From Vicugna vicugna (lineage: Eukaryota): a DNA stretch of 64,000 nt. Location: assembly GCA_013265495.1 (NCBI GenBank), contig MU057887.1:197985-261984 (forward strand). Reading direction: 5' to 3'. Below the pieces are notes generated by a model that saw nothing but the letters and a program-made list of their open reading frames with translations, had not been told where the DNA came from and ran no database searches. Positions 25,684 through 37,989 of this stretch are shown piece by piece (position 1 is the stretch's first letter; each line of letters opens with the position of its first letter). The translations under genes were made by a program, and so were the position numbers.

Positions 25684-26844
25684 GCTAAGCGACGATGAAG
25701 GACGTGTCCGGTGTCTGACCACGTGTACACGTGTGTGGACGGTGCATTACTTTCTGGGGCTGTTTGTGACCTCAGAGGACACTAGGAGGCCAGACAAGGA
25801 TACAGCTCACAGCTGGGCCTCACTGTCCACTCCAGACAGGACTAAGAGGCTTGGCTGGACCAGGGGCCCTAGATGGGACAGCCAGAGGGACAGCTCCCCC
25901 CTGTGCAGCTACCACAAAACCCAGTGAATCCAGAACCCAGGCTGCCACGTGCTGGGTGGGATGTGAGGGGCGCTTTTGAATGCAAACATCTACACAGCAC
26001 CGATGAAGCTGGAAAGAGAAGGTTCTGTAGCAGAGGAGGATGGTGGCCTTTTGGCCAGACGAGAGCCGCCTGGACCACAAGGTGGTGGGGCTCAGGGCCC
26101 GGGCTGAGCAATCCCACCGGCTCAGGTTTGAGTCCCAGCTCTGTCCTCAGTACCTGTGAGGGCCTGGGGAGGGCACATAACCCCCTGGGCCCCATCTCCC
26201 CGACTGTCTAGGCTTGCACGAGGAACAGAGAGGCACGGGGAGCAGTCAGGCCTGAGCACGTGCTCGGTGAGTCGCAGCTGCTGCCATGACCACTAGTCTA
26301 TCTCAGCTCACCTCCCAGACAACACTGAGGGCTAAGGACTCTTGCCCGTACTTTTGAACATCTTTTGAAATAGACTCAGAGAAGTGAAGTGATCTGCCTG
26401 AGGCCACACAGCAAGATGCAGTCGACCTAGCTAGACCTGGGCCTCCTGACACCCAAGCGCGTGCCCTGGGACAGTGACGACGGAGCTGTTCTACCCGGCT
26501 GTCCAGACGGAAGCAGGGCCGTTTCCCTGGAGGATGAGCACTGGACAGGGCACTTCAGCTGGGCTTTGAAAAAGAGGGAGATCTTGACACATGGTGCAGG
26601 GTCCACCCTCCAGAGACAAGAGAAGGGAAAGCCAAAGCAAGGAGGTGTGAGGTGTGAGCAAACGGGGACAGTGGTGCCACAGGGCGGGCAGGATGGAGTT
26701 CCAGCCCAGCAGCCACGGTCAAGCTAAGCCCAGAGCGACCACAGGATGGACCACCGGCCAGTGATCCGGCTGCGTCAGGCCTGTGTGGGCAGAGGGTGGC
26801 GGCATGGCGCCTGGTCAGGATCCCCATTTCTGGGCTTAGATGGA

Positions 26845-27020
26845 CTGGTGCAGAATCCTGGTCACCACTCCTTGGCTGTGTGACCTCAGAAAGGTCCCTG
26901 AACCTCTCTGGGCATCAGTTTCCTGATCTGGGTAACCTTGACCTGTGCTCACGGGGAGGTTGTGACTATTAAGTGGGATGATACAGGAAATGATGGAGCA
27001 GATGTTCTGTGTGTGTCCTA
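26845..27020 (+). mobile_element. MIR SINE remnant
   Basis: aatcctggtcaccactccttggctgtgtgacctcag...aacctctctgggcatcagtttcctgatctg. Confidence 0.65.
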
Positions 27021-29108
27021 AAGCAAAGTCCCAACAGGCCGGCCCCAAAGGCCAGGGATCCAGGATCCTCATGGGAAACAAAGTGAACCGAATCCTCCTT
27101 ACCCAGGAGGAGGACACGATTCTGTATTTCTGCCTGGGGAGGAGCTGGGCAGGAGGGACAGGCGGAGGGCGGTCCAGATGGTGCCAAATAGACGGGGTGG
27201 AAGCCTGACCTGGGGCCTGAGAGTCAGGACCAGCTCACCATCTCAAGTGCGTCTTTTCCTCATCACTCAACTCGTAACGGGGATGACAGCCGGGATTAAA
27301 TAGTAAGTCATCTCCAGCCCCATTACGGCCCCAGCAAGATGGCTCCAAATTAAATCTAACAGTCAATGAAATCGTCAATATTTAATTTACTCATTGCAGG
27401 TGGCAATTCAGCCCTCATGACGCTGCTGTTTAATGGCAGAAATACTGGGATTTATCATCATGGGCCTCAGAATCGCTGGGCTGTCTCCACCAGGCAGCCG
27501 CTGCCCAGGCGAGCTGGGGGTGGAGCCCTGGGGGACCCTCCGCAAGCTGCTCGGGGAGCACGTGGTCCTCAGGGAGCTTGTCCCTGGGGTCCCAGGATAG
27601 TGGTTCCTATTTTTTAATCCACTTGGCCCTCTCTGGAAACAGGAAACTTGGGAAGAATTAAGGGGTGGTGGACCCTCCTGATCCTCTGACCTCCCTTACC
27701 TGGTCTCCCTGGATCTGGGGAGGGAGAAAGGGCTCTCCTGAGGGCAGCATCCAGACGCCTGAATCACTTAAAAGCATCACCTCACGTACTTCTTCCGCTG
27801 GTTTGCTGTACCTGGTGGCCCTGCCCTCCCGCCCTCCCCCGCCTCCTTTCTACCTGCTCGCTCCCCGGGCTCCCTGCAACCCCGCGCCCCACCAAGGATG
27901 CATCCTGTGGACCCACGGCCACGGCCACTGCCCGGCCCACCCCTGCCCTTCTGCTGAGGGACCACAGATTCCACTCCCCGGGCTTCAAGCTCGACCAGGA
28001 GGCCCTTTCATGGGTCAAGCGTACGACTGCGTCAAGTACTAACTCCCTTTAAAAAGTTTCCCACCTTGATTATGTGCACGAAAAACCTTATGAAGGCACA
28101 AAAGCAGGTGCCCTGGGAGTGGGATGGGAACCCAGCCTGCGTGGCAGGGCTGGTGCATGAGGCCCTGGCTCTTTCCTGCCACTCATCCTCCACGCAGCTT
28201 CCAGGGGAGTTTCTAAATTAATTTTTGTTTGTATTTAATTAATGCAAGTACAGAATCAATAGTCAACTCTCCCTCTCACAACTTGCTTTCTTCTGCCCTG
28301 AGTTTTCCCTGGCTTGGCTTTCTGTGGTCCTCTTGCCACGTTTTCCTAGGTTTCCTGACGGAATTAGAAACCCCTTTTCTGTATAAATCACTGGGTGCCA
28401 GTTCCTTTGTTTTCTAGAAGGTTCCATCTGCTGGTCCAGCCTAACCGGGTTTCTCTCAAGGTGACTGGTCTCCTCCTGCGCTTAGATGCCCTGCTCTTCT
28501 GGGTTTGATTCTCTTATTTCGGCAAAGCACCTCACCCAGAGGGCTGCATGTGAACACACATCTCCGAGGCCCTGCGTGTCTTCAAGCAGAGCCCTAGGTT
28601 GGACAGTATTACCTCGTGGTGTTTTGAGCGCGTGGTTCTGCCGGCGTCCGGCTTCCGGCCCGCGGCTGGGACAGCTCCCGCCTTCCTGGTTCCTTTGCAA
28701 GTGACTGTGCTATCCTGCTCCCCAAGTTTGAATCCAAAAGTCAAACCACGTGCTCTAGACTTCACAGTGATGCTCTGCAGGGTAGACCTTTAGGAATCTT
28801 CCATCTGGAAACTTGTGTCCCCTGATTACAGAGAGCGTTCTTATTTCTTTGGTCTTGTTCTGTCCCTTTCCTCGTTTTACGTGGAACTCTTCCCACCAGA
28901 CAGACCCTCCAATCTTCTCCACGTCTCTATCCATTCCCATCCATTTATCATTTTATTCTACTTTTTGAGAGCTCCCCCAGCTCTCCTGCTGACTGCTGAA
29001 TCCCACTGTCACGCACTTTATTTCCAATGGTCCCTGCAGGTCTGTGGCTATTCCTCTTTCAAGCACCTGTCCCGACCTCACGGGTACCGCAGATTGCCTG
29101 ATTTCTTG

Positions 29109-29579
29109 TGTAACCGAGCAGGACCCTGTGAGGTCTTCCTAGGAGAGCCCCCCAGTCCTCTGCTGTGGCTCCTCTCTGAAACACCTGAAGTAGCCACATA
29201 ACACAGTCTCGTGTTTACTTCCTGAGTTTTTCAGGTACTGAAAACCACCACCAAAGGGAAGAAATTAATACTTGTTGATCCAGGGCACGTGGCCCCCAGA
29301 CCTGCTGGCACCCAGAGGTTGGTAGTGTTGACCGCCCTGTTACCTCCACATCAGCCAATCAGAGAACTGTGCACGAGTTAATCACGCCCCCTGCAACACC
29401 CCTCACTCCTCACCTGCCCTAAAATACGCTTTGCTGAAACCCTTTGGAGAGTTCGGGGTTTTCTCGGGCAGGAGCCACCCCTTGCTCGGCCCGGAGGTAA
29501 ACATTTCTCTGCTCCAAACGCTGATGTTTGTTTGTTTGGCCTCGTGGTGCACTGGCACATGAACCAGCCTTCAGCAACA
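29109..29579 (+). mobile_element. Solo ERV1-type LTR (471 bp)
   Basis: TG...CA termini (tgtaaccgagcaggaccc...cagcaaca), a 4-bp TSD cttg/ctcg, and internal gccaatc plus TATA-like ctaaaata. Confidence 0.8.
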
Positions 29580-30959
29580 CTCGGAGGACTCTGAAGGCTT
29601 CGGGAAGGTTTTCCGGCTTCCTGCATGGCCTCCTCCTCCTCTTCAACCCTGTTTTCTGTCTGTCTTGGTCTCTTCCTTGTTAGAAGCTCCCTGAAGGTAT
29701 GGTGATCACTGACTGTCCGCTCCCCTTTCAGGACAGAGCGCTGGAAGGCCTTCCGGAGGGCCTGTCTGGGTAATCACAGCCTGCTACAAAATGATGGCCC
29801 TTTGGCCTGATCCGTCTTCTTTCTCACACGCCTACTTGATGCTTGGGGCTTCAGCTTCGGAACCTCCCACAATTTCTGGGCCCCTTGGTGCCTCCATGCC
29901 TTCGCTCCAGCTGTGCCTCCTGCTAACTGTGGTCCAGATGAAGGAGGCACCTAAGCCCCCTGGAAGCGCCCTCTCAGTCAGCAGGCATCTGTAACGCCTG
30001 CTGCAGCTGCTCTGACCCAGAGGAAGCCGGGGCGTGGGGCGGGCAGGCAGGTGTCAGGGACACGCAGGAGAGGGCCCAGGGCTCTGCAGGACGGTGGGCT
30101 GGTGCAGCGATGAGCCCAAGGGAAGGGAAGCCTTTACGACTAGCGGAGGACTGAAAAACAAGCCGACGATGGGCGGGTGAACAGCAGAGAAGACACTCCA
30201 GGAGAGGCGGGAAGGGGGTCAGCGTGTTCGGGGAGATGCAGGGATGGGGTGTGAACGGAGCGAAGGCGAGGGCGGGGGTGAGTCAGGCCAGGGCCCCAGA
30301 GTCACGGGAGCCCTGGGTCTGAGTGGGGCACAGGCACGACCCCTCTGCACTTCAGATGGCGCCCTCTCCGGGCGCGCAGGCACAGGCTTCCCTACACACA
30401 CTGCCTTCTCCCTGAGACCCGCTTCCAAGGGCGCTTACTCATCGTGGCGCATCCAGCATCCAGCACAAGGCCTGGCACGTTGCGAACGCTACGTAAACAT
30501 CCGCCTGGAACAAACAACCGCTCGAGAGCTCCTTGGAGGCCGAGTCCTCCACGAGCCAAGGGTCCCACCTCCTGAATGTATTCCTGCCGATCATCTCCAG
30601 GTGTCCTGGCCCTGCAGACCCCACCCCTCGCTTATGTCCACGGCTACCAAAGTTCAGTGTCAAATGCTGGCTTTGAGAGGTAACATCAAGACACCGTTCC
30701 TTTCTTTTTCCTCACTGTCTCAAGTATTAAGGAAATCTCCATGTGGCCCAATGCAGTTTGGATAGCGTCGTGCCGACACAGCCGAATCTCCTGTCCCCCA
30801 GGGCCAAGACTACCCGCTGTCCGCATCCTCCCCCACCTCTCCTCTGCCTGCTGGAAATCACTTCCGGCTCCTCCACGCTTCTGGGCACCGTAGCAGGGAG
30901 TGTGCCCTGCGCCCCCAGAGCCGCTGGCTCTTTCAAAGGTCTGGTCTCCCCACGAGCTG

Positions 30960-31363
30960 TGTGACAGTTAATCTCGTGGGTCGTCATGACTGGGCTGTGG
31001 GGGTGCAGACATCTGGTTGGACACGATTCTGGGCGCATCTGGGTTGGGATTTACAGGTGAATCATACACTGAACCAAGCAGATCACCCTTCCCGACGTGG
31101 GTGGGCCTCACCCAAGCCACTGAGGGTATGGGCAGAACCGGAGGCTGAGTCAGACGCGGGCCCTCCTGCCGACTGTCTGAGCTGCACGTCAGCCTTATCC
31201 TGTCTGTGGACTCGAATTGCCAGGGGCCCTTCCCGGATCTGGAGCCCGTCGGCGTTTGGACTGGAACTTGCACCATCAGCCCTCTGGGGGCTCCAGCTGG
31301 CCGATGTCGATCTTGGGATCTCCCAGACCCGGAAGGGCATGAGCCGATTCCCTGTAATAAATC
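30960..31363 (+). mobile_element. MLT2-type ERVL LTR lacking its 3' tip
   Basis: Starts tgtgacagttaat...gactgggct, contains aagcagatcacccttcccgacgtgggtgggcctca, and runs to tgagccgattccctgtaataaatc. Confidence 0.78.
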
Positions 31364-31364
31364 G

Positions 31365-31576
31365 TACATCCTGGAACAACACGGGCTTGAACTGATACGT
31401 GGAGTTTTTTCAATAAACATGTACCACAGCAGTAGCTTCAAAACCAAGGCTCGTTGAGTCCATGAATGCAGAACCAAGGATGCGGACGGCCAGCCGGAAG
31501 GTCACAAGCGGATTTTCCACGGCTCAGGGGGTTGGCGAGCCCCAACCCCAGGAGACCCCGTGTAGTCCATTAACTG
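31365..31576 (+). mobile_element. Tigger2-family MITE (MER8-like)
   Basis: gaacaacacgggcttgaactg...ttttttcaataaa...gcggattttccac...ccccaacccc...aactg. Confidence 0.65.
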
Positions 31577-32949
31577 CTCACCCCGCCCTCAGCCCAACTC
31601 CAGCACCCTCGGCCCCTCCCCTGGGGGCTCAGGCCCGACCCCAACACCGCTGCCCTCCGGCGGACAGACGATGCCCCCAACTCCACAGGAGAGAAACTCA
31701 CGCACTGTGCCCGGCATGTAAACGAACCGATTATGCTGATTTCAGCTACAGTGATGGATAACTACATTTTAGAGGGCGATACCTCCCAGGGCGAGATCTT
31801 TGGAGGAAAGTTCTTGCCTGCAGCGAATGTTCTGATGTGACTTTAGACAAGAAGCGGGTCTCCTCCATTTATACATTTACGTGGCGGGTGGGGGGTAAAA
31901 GCTTCTTCCATCACCAGGTTTCGGCCTGAGTCACCCGTGGCCCAAAGGAGCCCTGCCACTGGGCCCCCCGCGACTCATCAAACACTGAGCCTGAAGCTGC
32001 CTCTCTGGATGGTTCTCAGGGCAGAGCCTGTGGCCCAAACCTGCTTTCGCTGCTTTCTGCTGTGTGAGTCCCGGCAAGCACCTTAACCTCTGATCTTAGC
32101 TTCCTGTCCATCCACTGAAGATGAGGCAGTTGGGGAAGGATTTGTAACAGGGCTCATTCCCATCCTCTCTCTTCCGTGAGGCTGGTGGGTCTCCCGGCTG
32201 GGCCGCCTCATGTGATGTGGACGCAACAGCTACTCTGAGCCTCAGCCTTGGGCTCCAGCAGCCTGAATTGCCAGCCTGGAGGTGGGCTTTGCTGGACACC
32301 CCCAGCGTCCTGTCCCCCAGCCACATCCCCCAGATGCTGGTATTTTGGGACCCGTGGCCCCGCACGACTGCCCTGACAGAGCATCCCCCACTCGCCTCCC
32401 ACTCCCACCACTCCAGCCGCTTCCATCTGGGTCCCCCTTGACCCTCCTCAGCTCCCAAACGCCCTCATCGGAGCTCCTCACCTTCTCTAGCAGAACCTGG
32501 CCATCCCCACCCCTCCCTCCTCAGCCCCCACCCCTGGGCTCTGGGCCCTGGAGCAGCAGGGCCTCGGCCAGACTTTCGAGGCAGCCCCTCTGCCCCAACG
32601 CCCTGCTTAGCTCAGACATGGTCCCATGGGAGCCGAGGCCATGCTGCCCACTGGCTGGGAGGTCAGGCAGCAGCCAGACCAGATGCCAGGCAATGGCGGG
32701 GATGGACCCATCCCAGCAGCCTGGACACGAGCAGAACACCAAGGACCCTCCCACCCCAAGCCCCACCCCCACACACATCACTCCCTCCCCACGGGAGGCA
32801 GAGCCCCACCCAGGAATCCAATTCCCCAAGGCCCCACTTCCACATGCCCACCCCCCACCCGTCATGGAGGGCAGGGCTGTGTCTTCAGTGGAACCAAGCA
32901 AGACAGGAAGGCACGGGGCAGGGGGAGGCGATTCTAGAAACCACTTCCC

Positions 32950-33490
32950 ACGGCCCCTGTGGAGGCCTGACCGGGCGGTGGCTGTAGGATACCCCTGGTT
33001 TGGGCTCTGTCTGTTTTTCTCACGCTTAGACTGGGGTTATGGGTTTGGGGGGGAAGAGCAGAGAGAAGTGACCTTTCTGCCCCGTCACACCAGAGCACGG
33101 GCTGTCAGCCTGCCTGATCACTGGTCACTGACCTTGATCACCTGGTGGGGGGTTGTGCATCCGGCATCTGCGCTGTGGAGTTTGCAAACTGGTCACCCAG
33201 CTCACACTCTGAGGGGGCAGGGCTGCGCCCCACCTCCCGCAGGGCTGAGCAGGACGTCATTTACGCGGAATTCTTCCGCGTGGACTTGTCTCTGCTCCCT
33301 CGTTTATTTAATCACTTATTGATACCGTATGGGCTAACTGACATCTACTTGACACTCTGAGTTATAATCCAGTACTGTATTTTGTTGCTCAAACTGCTCC
33401 AGCTGCAGCCGCGGGCACTCGAAGAGCTGGCTCCTGTGTCCCTCTGACATGTCCCCACCGTGAACTTGTTTCTGCCGCTACAAGATGCTC
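32950..33490 (-). mobile_element. Old L1MC-like 3' UTR fragment
   Basis: ttagactggggttatgggtttgggggg...accttgatcacctgg...gttataatccagtactgtattttgttgctcaaactg resembles the reverse of L1MC 3' ends. Confidence 0.55.
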
Positions 33491-34527
33491 AGCTCTGGGA
33501 TACCCATCACTGGTCCCTCTGAAGGACACGGACACTTCCTGAGGCCAGAGCCACCCCTGGCTTCACAGAGCTGCTATGACAAGGGTCAGAACAGCAGTTT
33601 CCAGGGCTGATTCTCCCACTGTCCCTACAGCTGTGGGCTCAGTGGGCAAAGGCGGGGCTGGGCCCGTGTGCTCGAGCTGCCCCGGCCGCTCTGATGCAAC
33701 CCGTCCTCAGACCGGCTCTGGGGAAGGATGCCTCGGTGGGCGTCCCAGAGCCCAGCCTGGAAATCGGGACACCTGCATCTGGGTCCCACCTCGACTTCCG
33801 GTGTTCCTCTCCCTGCACCCAGGGAGGTGTCTCTAATACACCCTGGGGCACTTCACGGCACGTCTCCTCACTCATCACCCCCACCCCATGCCCACAAAGC
33901 CTGTTCAATGCGAGGGCCTCTCAAGTCCCTGGGGAATGTCCCTCTCCACGCACTGCAGCTGGTTTTAGTATTTCATCCTCTTTTAGGGGCCAGTGAGGGC
34001 TGGTGGTGGAGGCAGTGCCCCCAAGGTACCCACACGCACAGCAGACCCTCTGGAGTCAGGAAGTGGAAAGGGGCTTTACATTTCCACTCTGGGCACGTCC
34101 ACTGTGTGTCATGCGGTCACCTGAGGGTCCCAACAGAGCTTGGCTTGACTCTAGGATGTCCAGTGCCTCCAGGCAGCCGAGATGGGGCCTGGCCTTTGTG
34201 CAGCCCGCTCCCCTCTGCTGTCCTGCCCCCTGGAGAGCACAGACCCACCCCTGCCTCTGTCTCAGGGATCTCCCCATCCTGACACTCTGTCCTCTGGGTC
34301 ACCGCGTGCCATGACTTGAGCCTGTGCTGACCCTTCCCACATGGGGGTTGGGTCTGTCTCCCCACTGGGCTGAGAGCTCCCTAAAAGGTTCTGTCTCACA
34401 CACCTCGCACCCTACCCGGTCAGGACACAAGACAGGTGCCCTGCAGCTGCTGACAAACAGAAAGGAACCTGGCTTGGGGGTTCGGGCGGGGCGGGGGCGA
34501 GGTGAGGAGGAGGGTCACGGGGGCTCA

Positions 34528-34607
34528 CGATGGGGCGACCCATGCTGTCGGCAGCCAATGCTCGATGCTCGATGGGGCGACCCACGCTGTCGGCAGCCAA
34601 TGCTCGA
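34528..34607. repeat. 42-bp-period tandem duplication (2 copies)
   Basis: cgatggggcgaccca(t/c)gctgtcggcagccaatgctcga at 34528 and 34570. Confidence 0.95.
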
Positions 34608-35429
34608 CTATGGGCACTGATGCCACGTTATTCCCATTCACAGGCTAGGTCCCTGATGGACGCGAGGCAGGGTCTTGGGGGAGCCCTCACAGCAGAAAAC
34701 ATTAATGAGGGATAAAGGCTTGGCTTTGAAATTCAAATGCCTTTGCATTCTTCATCAATTTCTTCTGAGATGACTCTGATTCAGATTGGTTTTTCCAGAC
34801 CTAATCGCTTTGATGTTGTTAATGAAAATATGAAAGGTGATTAAGGAGAACTCTTCCTTTTTTTTTTTTTACTTTGGGAAAATGTATGAGTTACGGATTT
34901 GAGTATTTTGGCCTATTGTGCATTTCAACATTTTGTTAAGGGTGGGGGAACCTTGCAAAGCCAAAGAAGTCTGGAACCTAAGTCCTGGCTGAACTGACTT
35001 CCAGAGTGGACGGAGGTGCTCTTACGGCCCACATGGTTGAGCCCAAAACACCTCTGTGTGGGTCAGCTCAGGGGTGCTCTGGGCAAAGCCAGGTACAGGC
35101 CTGGCACTTACAAGCCCTCACTCAGCCAGTCAACAGACACCGAAGGAGCACCCCCCATGTGCCTGGCCCTGGCAGAGCTGACCCCTGGGGCTAATATGAC
35201 CCCAGCCCTTTCCCTCCCCAAAGCAGTGAACACCAGAGCTGTGTGCAGGGAGCTCCTTACTCAGCAGGGATGGTGTCTCTGCTGCCAGACAACTGAGGCC
35301 CTACCACAGGCCTGGTACCTGCCAGGTCAAAGGAGGGGAGGCAGGGGACAGAGGCAGGAGGCTTCCTGGACAGACAGACAGGCGGCTACAGAGAATCACA
35401 GCTTACCATGAGCAGAGGCTGGCCAACTG

Positions 35430-35660
35430 GGTACTGGCAGGAACACTTAAAAGGTAACTTCAACAAATTGCTGGAGGCTGAGTGTAGACTAGCTTGAGAG
35501 TTACAAACTCTTGGGACCAGTCTGAAGGTGGAGGGGGGCACATTTGTGGGTTTAACCTCCAGAATCCCACCAGGGTCTCACAGAGAACCTGAAGAAAACT
35601 CCTCCAGTGCTTGGCAGCGGGAGGGGAACAGTAACTATTCTGAAATACAGCCACCGTGTT
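35430..35660 (+). mobile_element. Possible old L1M 5'-region fragment
   Basis: caggaacacttaaaaggtaacttcaacaaattgctggaggctgagtgtagactagcttgagagtt resembles L1M 5' UTR text. Confidence 0.45.
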
Positions 35661-37554
35661 CCCAGCTTTGACAAGGCACCACCAGAGGTGGATGCGGCAC
35701 CGCGGGAAAGACTATGTGGCCCCGACTCCCAGGGCTGTGCAACCAGCTGAGGAAGACCTAGCCTAGCACTGTGAAGTCAGGACGACTTCTTGGAGGAGGT
35801 GCCAAGTCAGTTCTTAAAAGATTAGCAGGAATAAGTCAGAAGAGCCAGGAAAGGACAACAAAGACAATTATCAGGAACAATACTTTGGACACTGATGAAT
35901 AATCCAAGTCTACGGCTTGGCCGGGGAGGTTGTGTCTCAGGACCCCTGGGCTAAGTTTACCCCTCCTGGCCCAAAAGCACCATGACCTTTGGACTGGGGG
36001 TCACAGCAGTTTTGACGACAGACAGGAGTGAAACATAGTTCCATTCTTGGCTCTGAAGTATTGGTGTGAGATGGTGTAAACACGTATGTGTGTGTGGAGA
36101 CAGGTTTCACAAACATGCTCTGATGTGACCCAAGCCTGCATTCTCACAGACACAACCTGCACACCAGAATGTGCTTGTGCTCCACGGCACCGATCCCCAC
36201 ATCCTTGGGTTTACACCGAGTCTGAACGCTAGACAAATGCACTGCGCCCACAGCTGGTCACTTCCAGCTCCTGTCACCACCTCACCAGCTCTGACTACTG
36301 TGTATGTCAAATCAGGCTGCAAATCAAGGAGAAAGAAAGATAGCTCTTCAAACAGCAGGAATCCTTCCACCCATGCTGGGCTTACAGTTCAAATCAGAGC
36401 TGCCCAGTGTGAATATGATTTAGACTTAATAAGACCAGGGTGGTATATGGAGATACAGATGCCAACCAATTTGTTTCAATTAATATTATGTTTGCCTTGT
36501 TACTGAGAGTTTAGATCATAAAACACCACTCAGTAGCCTATCACTGAACAAATAAATTTTTAAAAATGTGAATTAACAAATGGGTGTTGTTGTGACTGAA
36601 GCAAATACCCCAGGATTTAAAGCTGTGAGAATCCTCAAAGCTCTTCCTGTCAGTCTTTGCCCTCCTCCAGCACGGAGCCAGGGCCTGGCTGGCTCCCCTG
36701 GCCAGATGATCTGCCCCACTGTCACCTCTGTCCTCCAGCCTCCTCTACCTGATCCCCAGCTGCACACATGGCTGAGGCCCTTGCTTTTGACTTCACTGAG
36801 AAAAGAGCAGAGAACTTTCCAGAAGCTGCTGCCACCACCACCTCGTGCATCAAGCCACTCTCTCTAGAGACTGAGGGTCAAGGGTCCAAGCACCTGGCTG
36901 AGACACCTCTGTGCCCTCCACTTGCCCCACCACTGGGAGGCAATGCTGACACCTGTCTGGCCTCGTTCCTCCCCTGCTACCCTGTGGGTAGTCCCGGGCA
37001 GGAAGTACAGGGGGCAGCTGGGCAGGTGCCTTGCAGAGCCGCAGTGGGGATCCTGTCCCCCTGCCCCGTGCCACCAGTCTAGGAAGTGTGTGAAGAGCCC
37101 GGTGACCCTAGTCACCACTCAAGGTGTCCCCCAGATGTCACCTGACTCCCACCAGCAGGACGAATCTTCTCCCACTCTGACCTACTCACCCCAGTCCCCT
37201 TGACGACCCTGTCAACTAATTAGACACTTCAGAGACACGTTTCAGACCCACCTGTGTTGTGGAAAGGCGCCCCCTCCCCTCCGGGAGCACAGACGGTTAT
37301 CTAACCAGGATGACCATTCCCAGACCTCAGGCTGGGTACTACGGCAGCAGCTTCCCTGCTTATCTCCCCCTACAAGGAAGCCAGGAGAGAACTGAGGCTC
37401 CAGGGCCCTAAGAGATATGCCCAAGGCCACATATCTAATAAGTGCAAGAGGCAGGATTCCCACCCAGGACTTCAGGCTCCAGAGCCGACACCTCAGCAAA
37501 GCTGCCCTACGCGGCGAGATGCACCTGCGGCAACGCAGGGGAAGCAGCCCCGCG

Positions 37555-37575
37555 GGCGCTGTCCGTGGTGCTGAA
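37555..37575 (-). promoter_or_regulatory. RE1/NRSE (REST-binding site), perfect consensus
   Basis: Plus strand GGCGCTGTCCGTGGTGCTGAA is the exact reverse complement of the canonical RE1 TTCAGCACCACGGACAGCGCC (21/21). Confidence 0.93.
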
Positions 37576-37628
37576 CCAGCGCGGCGCGGCCGTCCTCCCA
37601 CTGGGGTCTCCAAGGCTCCTTCTCACCT

Positions 37629-37647
37629 TGCCCAGGAGGGGGCGCTA
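37629..37647 (+). promoter_or_regulatory. CTCF-like motif
   Basis: TGCCCAGGAGGGGGCGCTA vs consensus TGGCCACCAGGGGGCGCTA (16/19), with the AGGGGGCGCTA core intact. Confidence 0.6.
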
Positions 37648-37989
37648 ATCGGTTTTGCTTCATTTCCGGAATTCATTTTGGTTAAAAACAAAACTTTAAA
37701 AATGTGGCTTTTATACTACTTTAGAGGGGGAAAAAACCACCTTATGACTTCAGTTTCACAATATGCACAGCTGGCTTCATACACTTTCGACCATGCTGTC
37801 TTCTGAAAGTTACACAACTTTCTTCCTCTATGACAGTGCACCTCTAGGAGATGCCCTGTCCCTGGAGGTTTGATGGCGAAGGACAGAGCCCTTGGCCCCT
37901 GTCTGCCTGTCTAAAGCACATAACCTCACTGTGGGTTTGAGGCAGGAAGCCCTATACCACAGGTTCACTTTTAAAATGTAGGTGTGTTG

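Noticed and set aside
28200..29060. Possible ancient L1/HAL1 fragments here and at ~52370-52950
   Set aside because: The composition is suggestive, but the sequence is too diverged to assign by eye.
34528..34607. CRISPR-like repeat
   Set aside because: There are two adjacent copies without unique spacers in a mammalian intron, so this is an ordinary tandem duplication.
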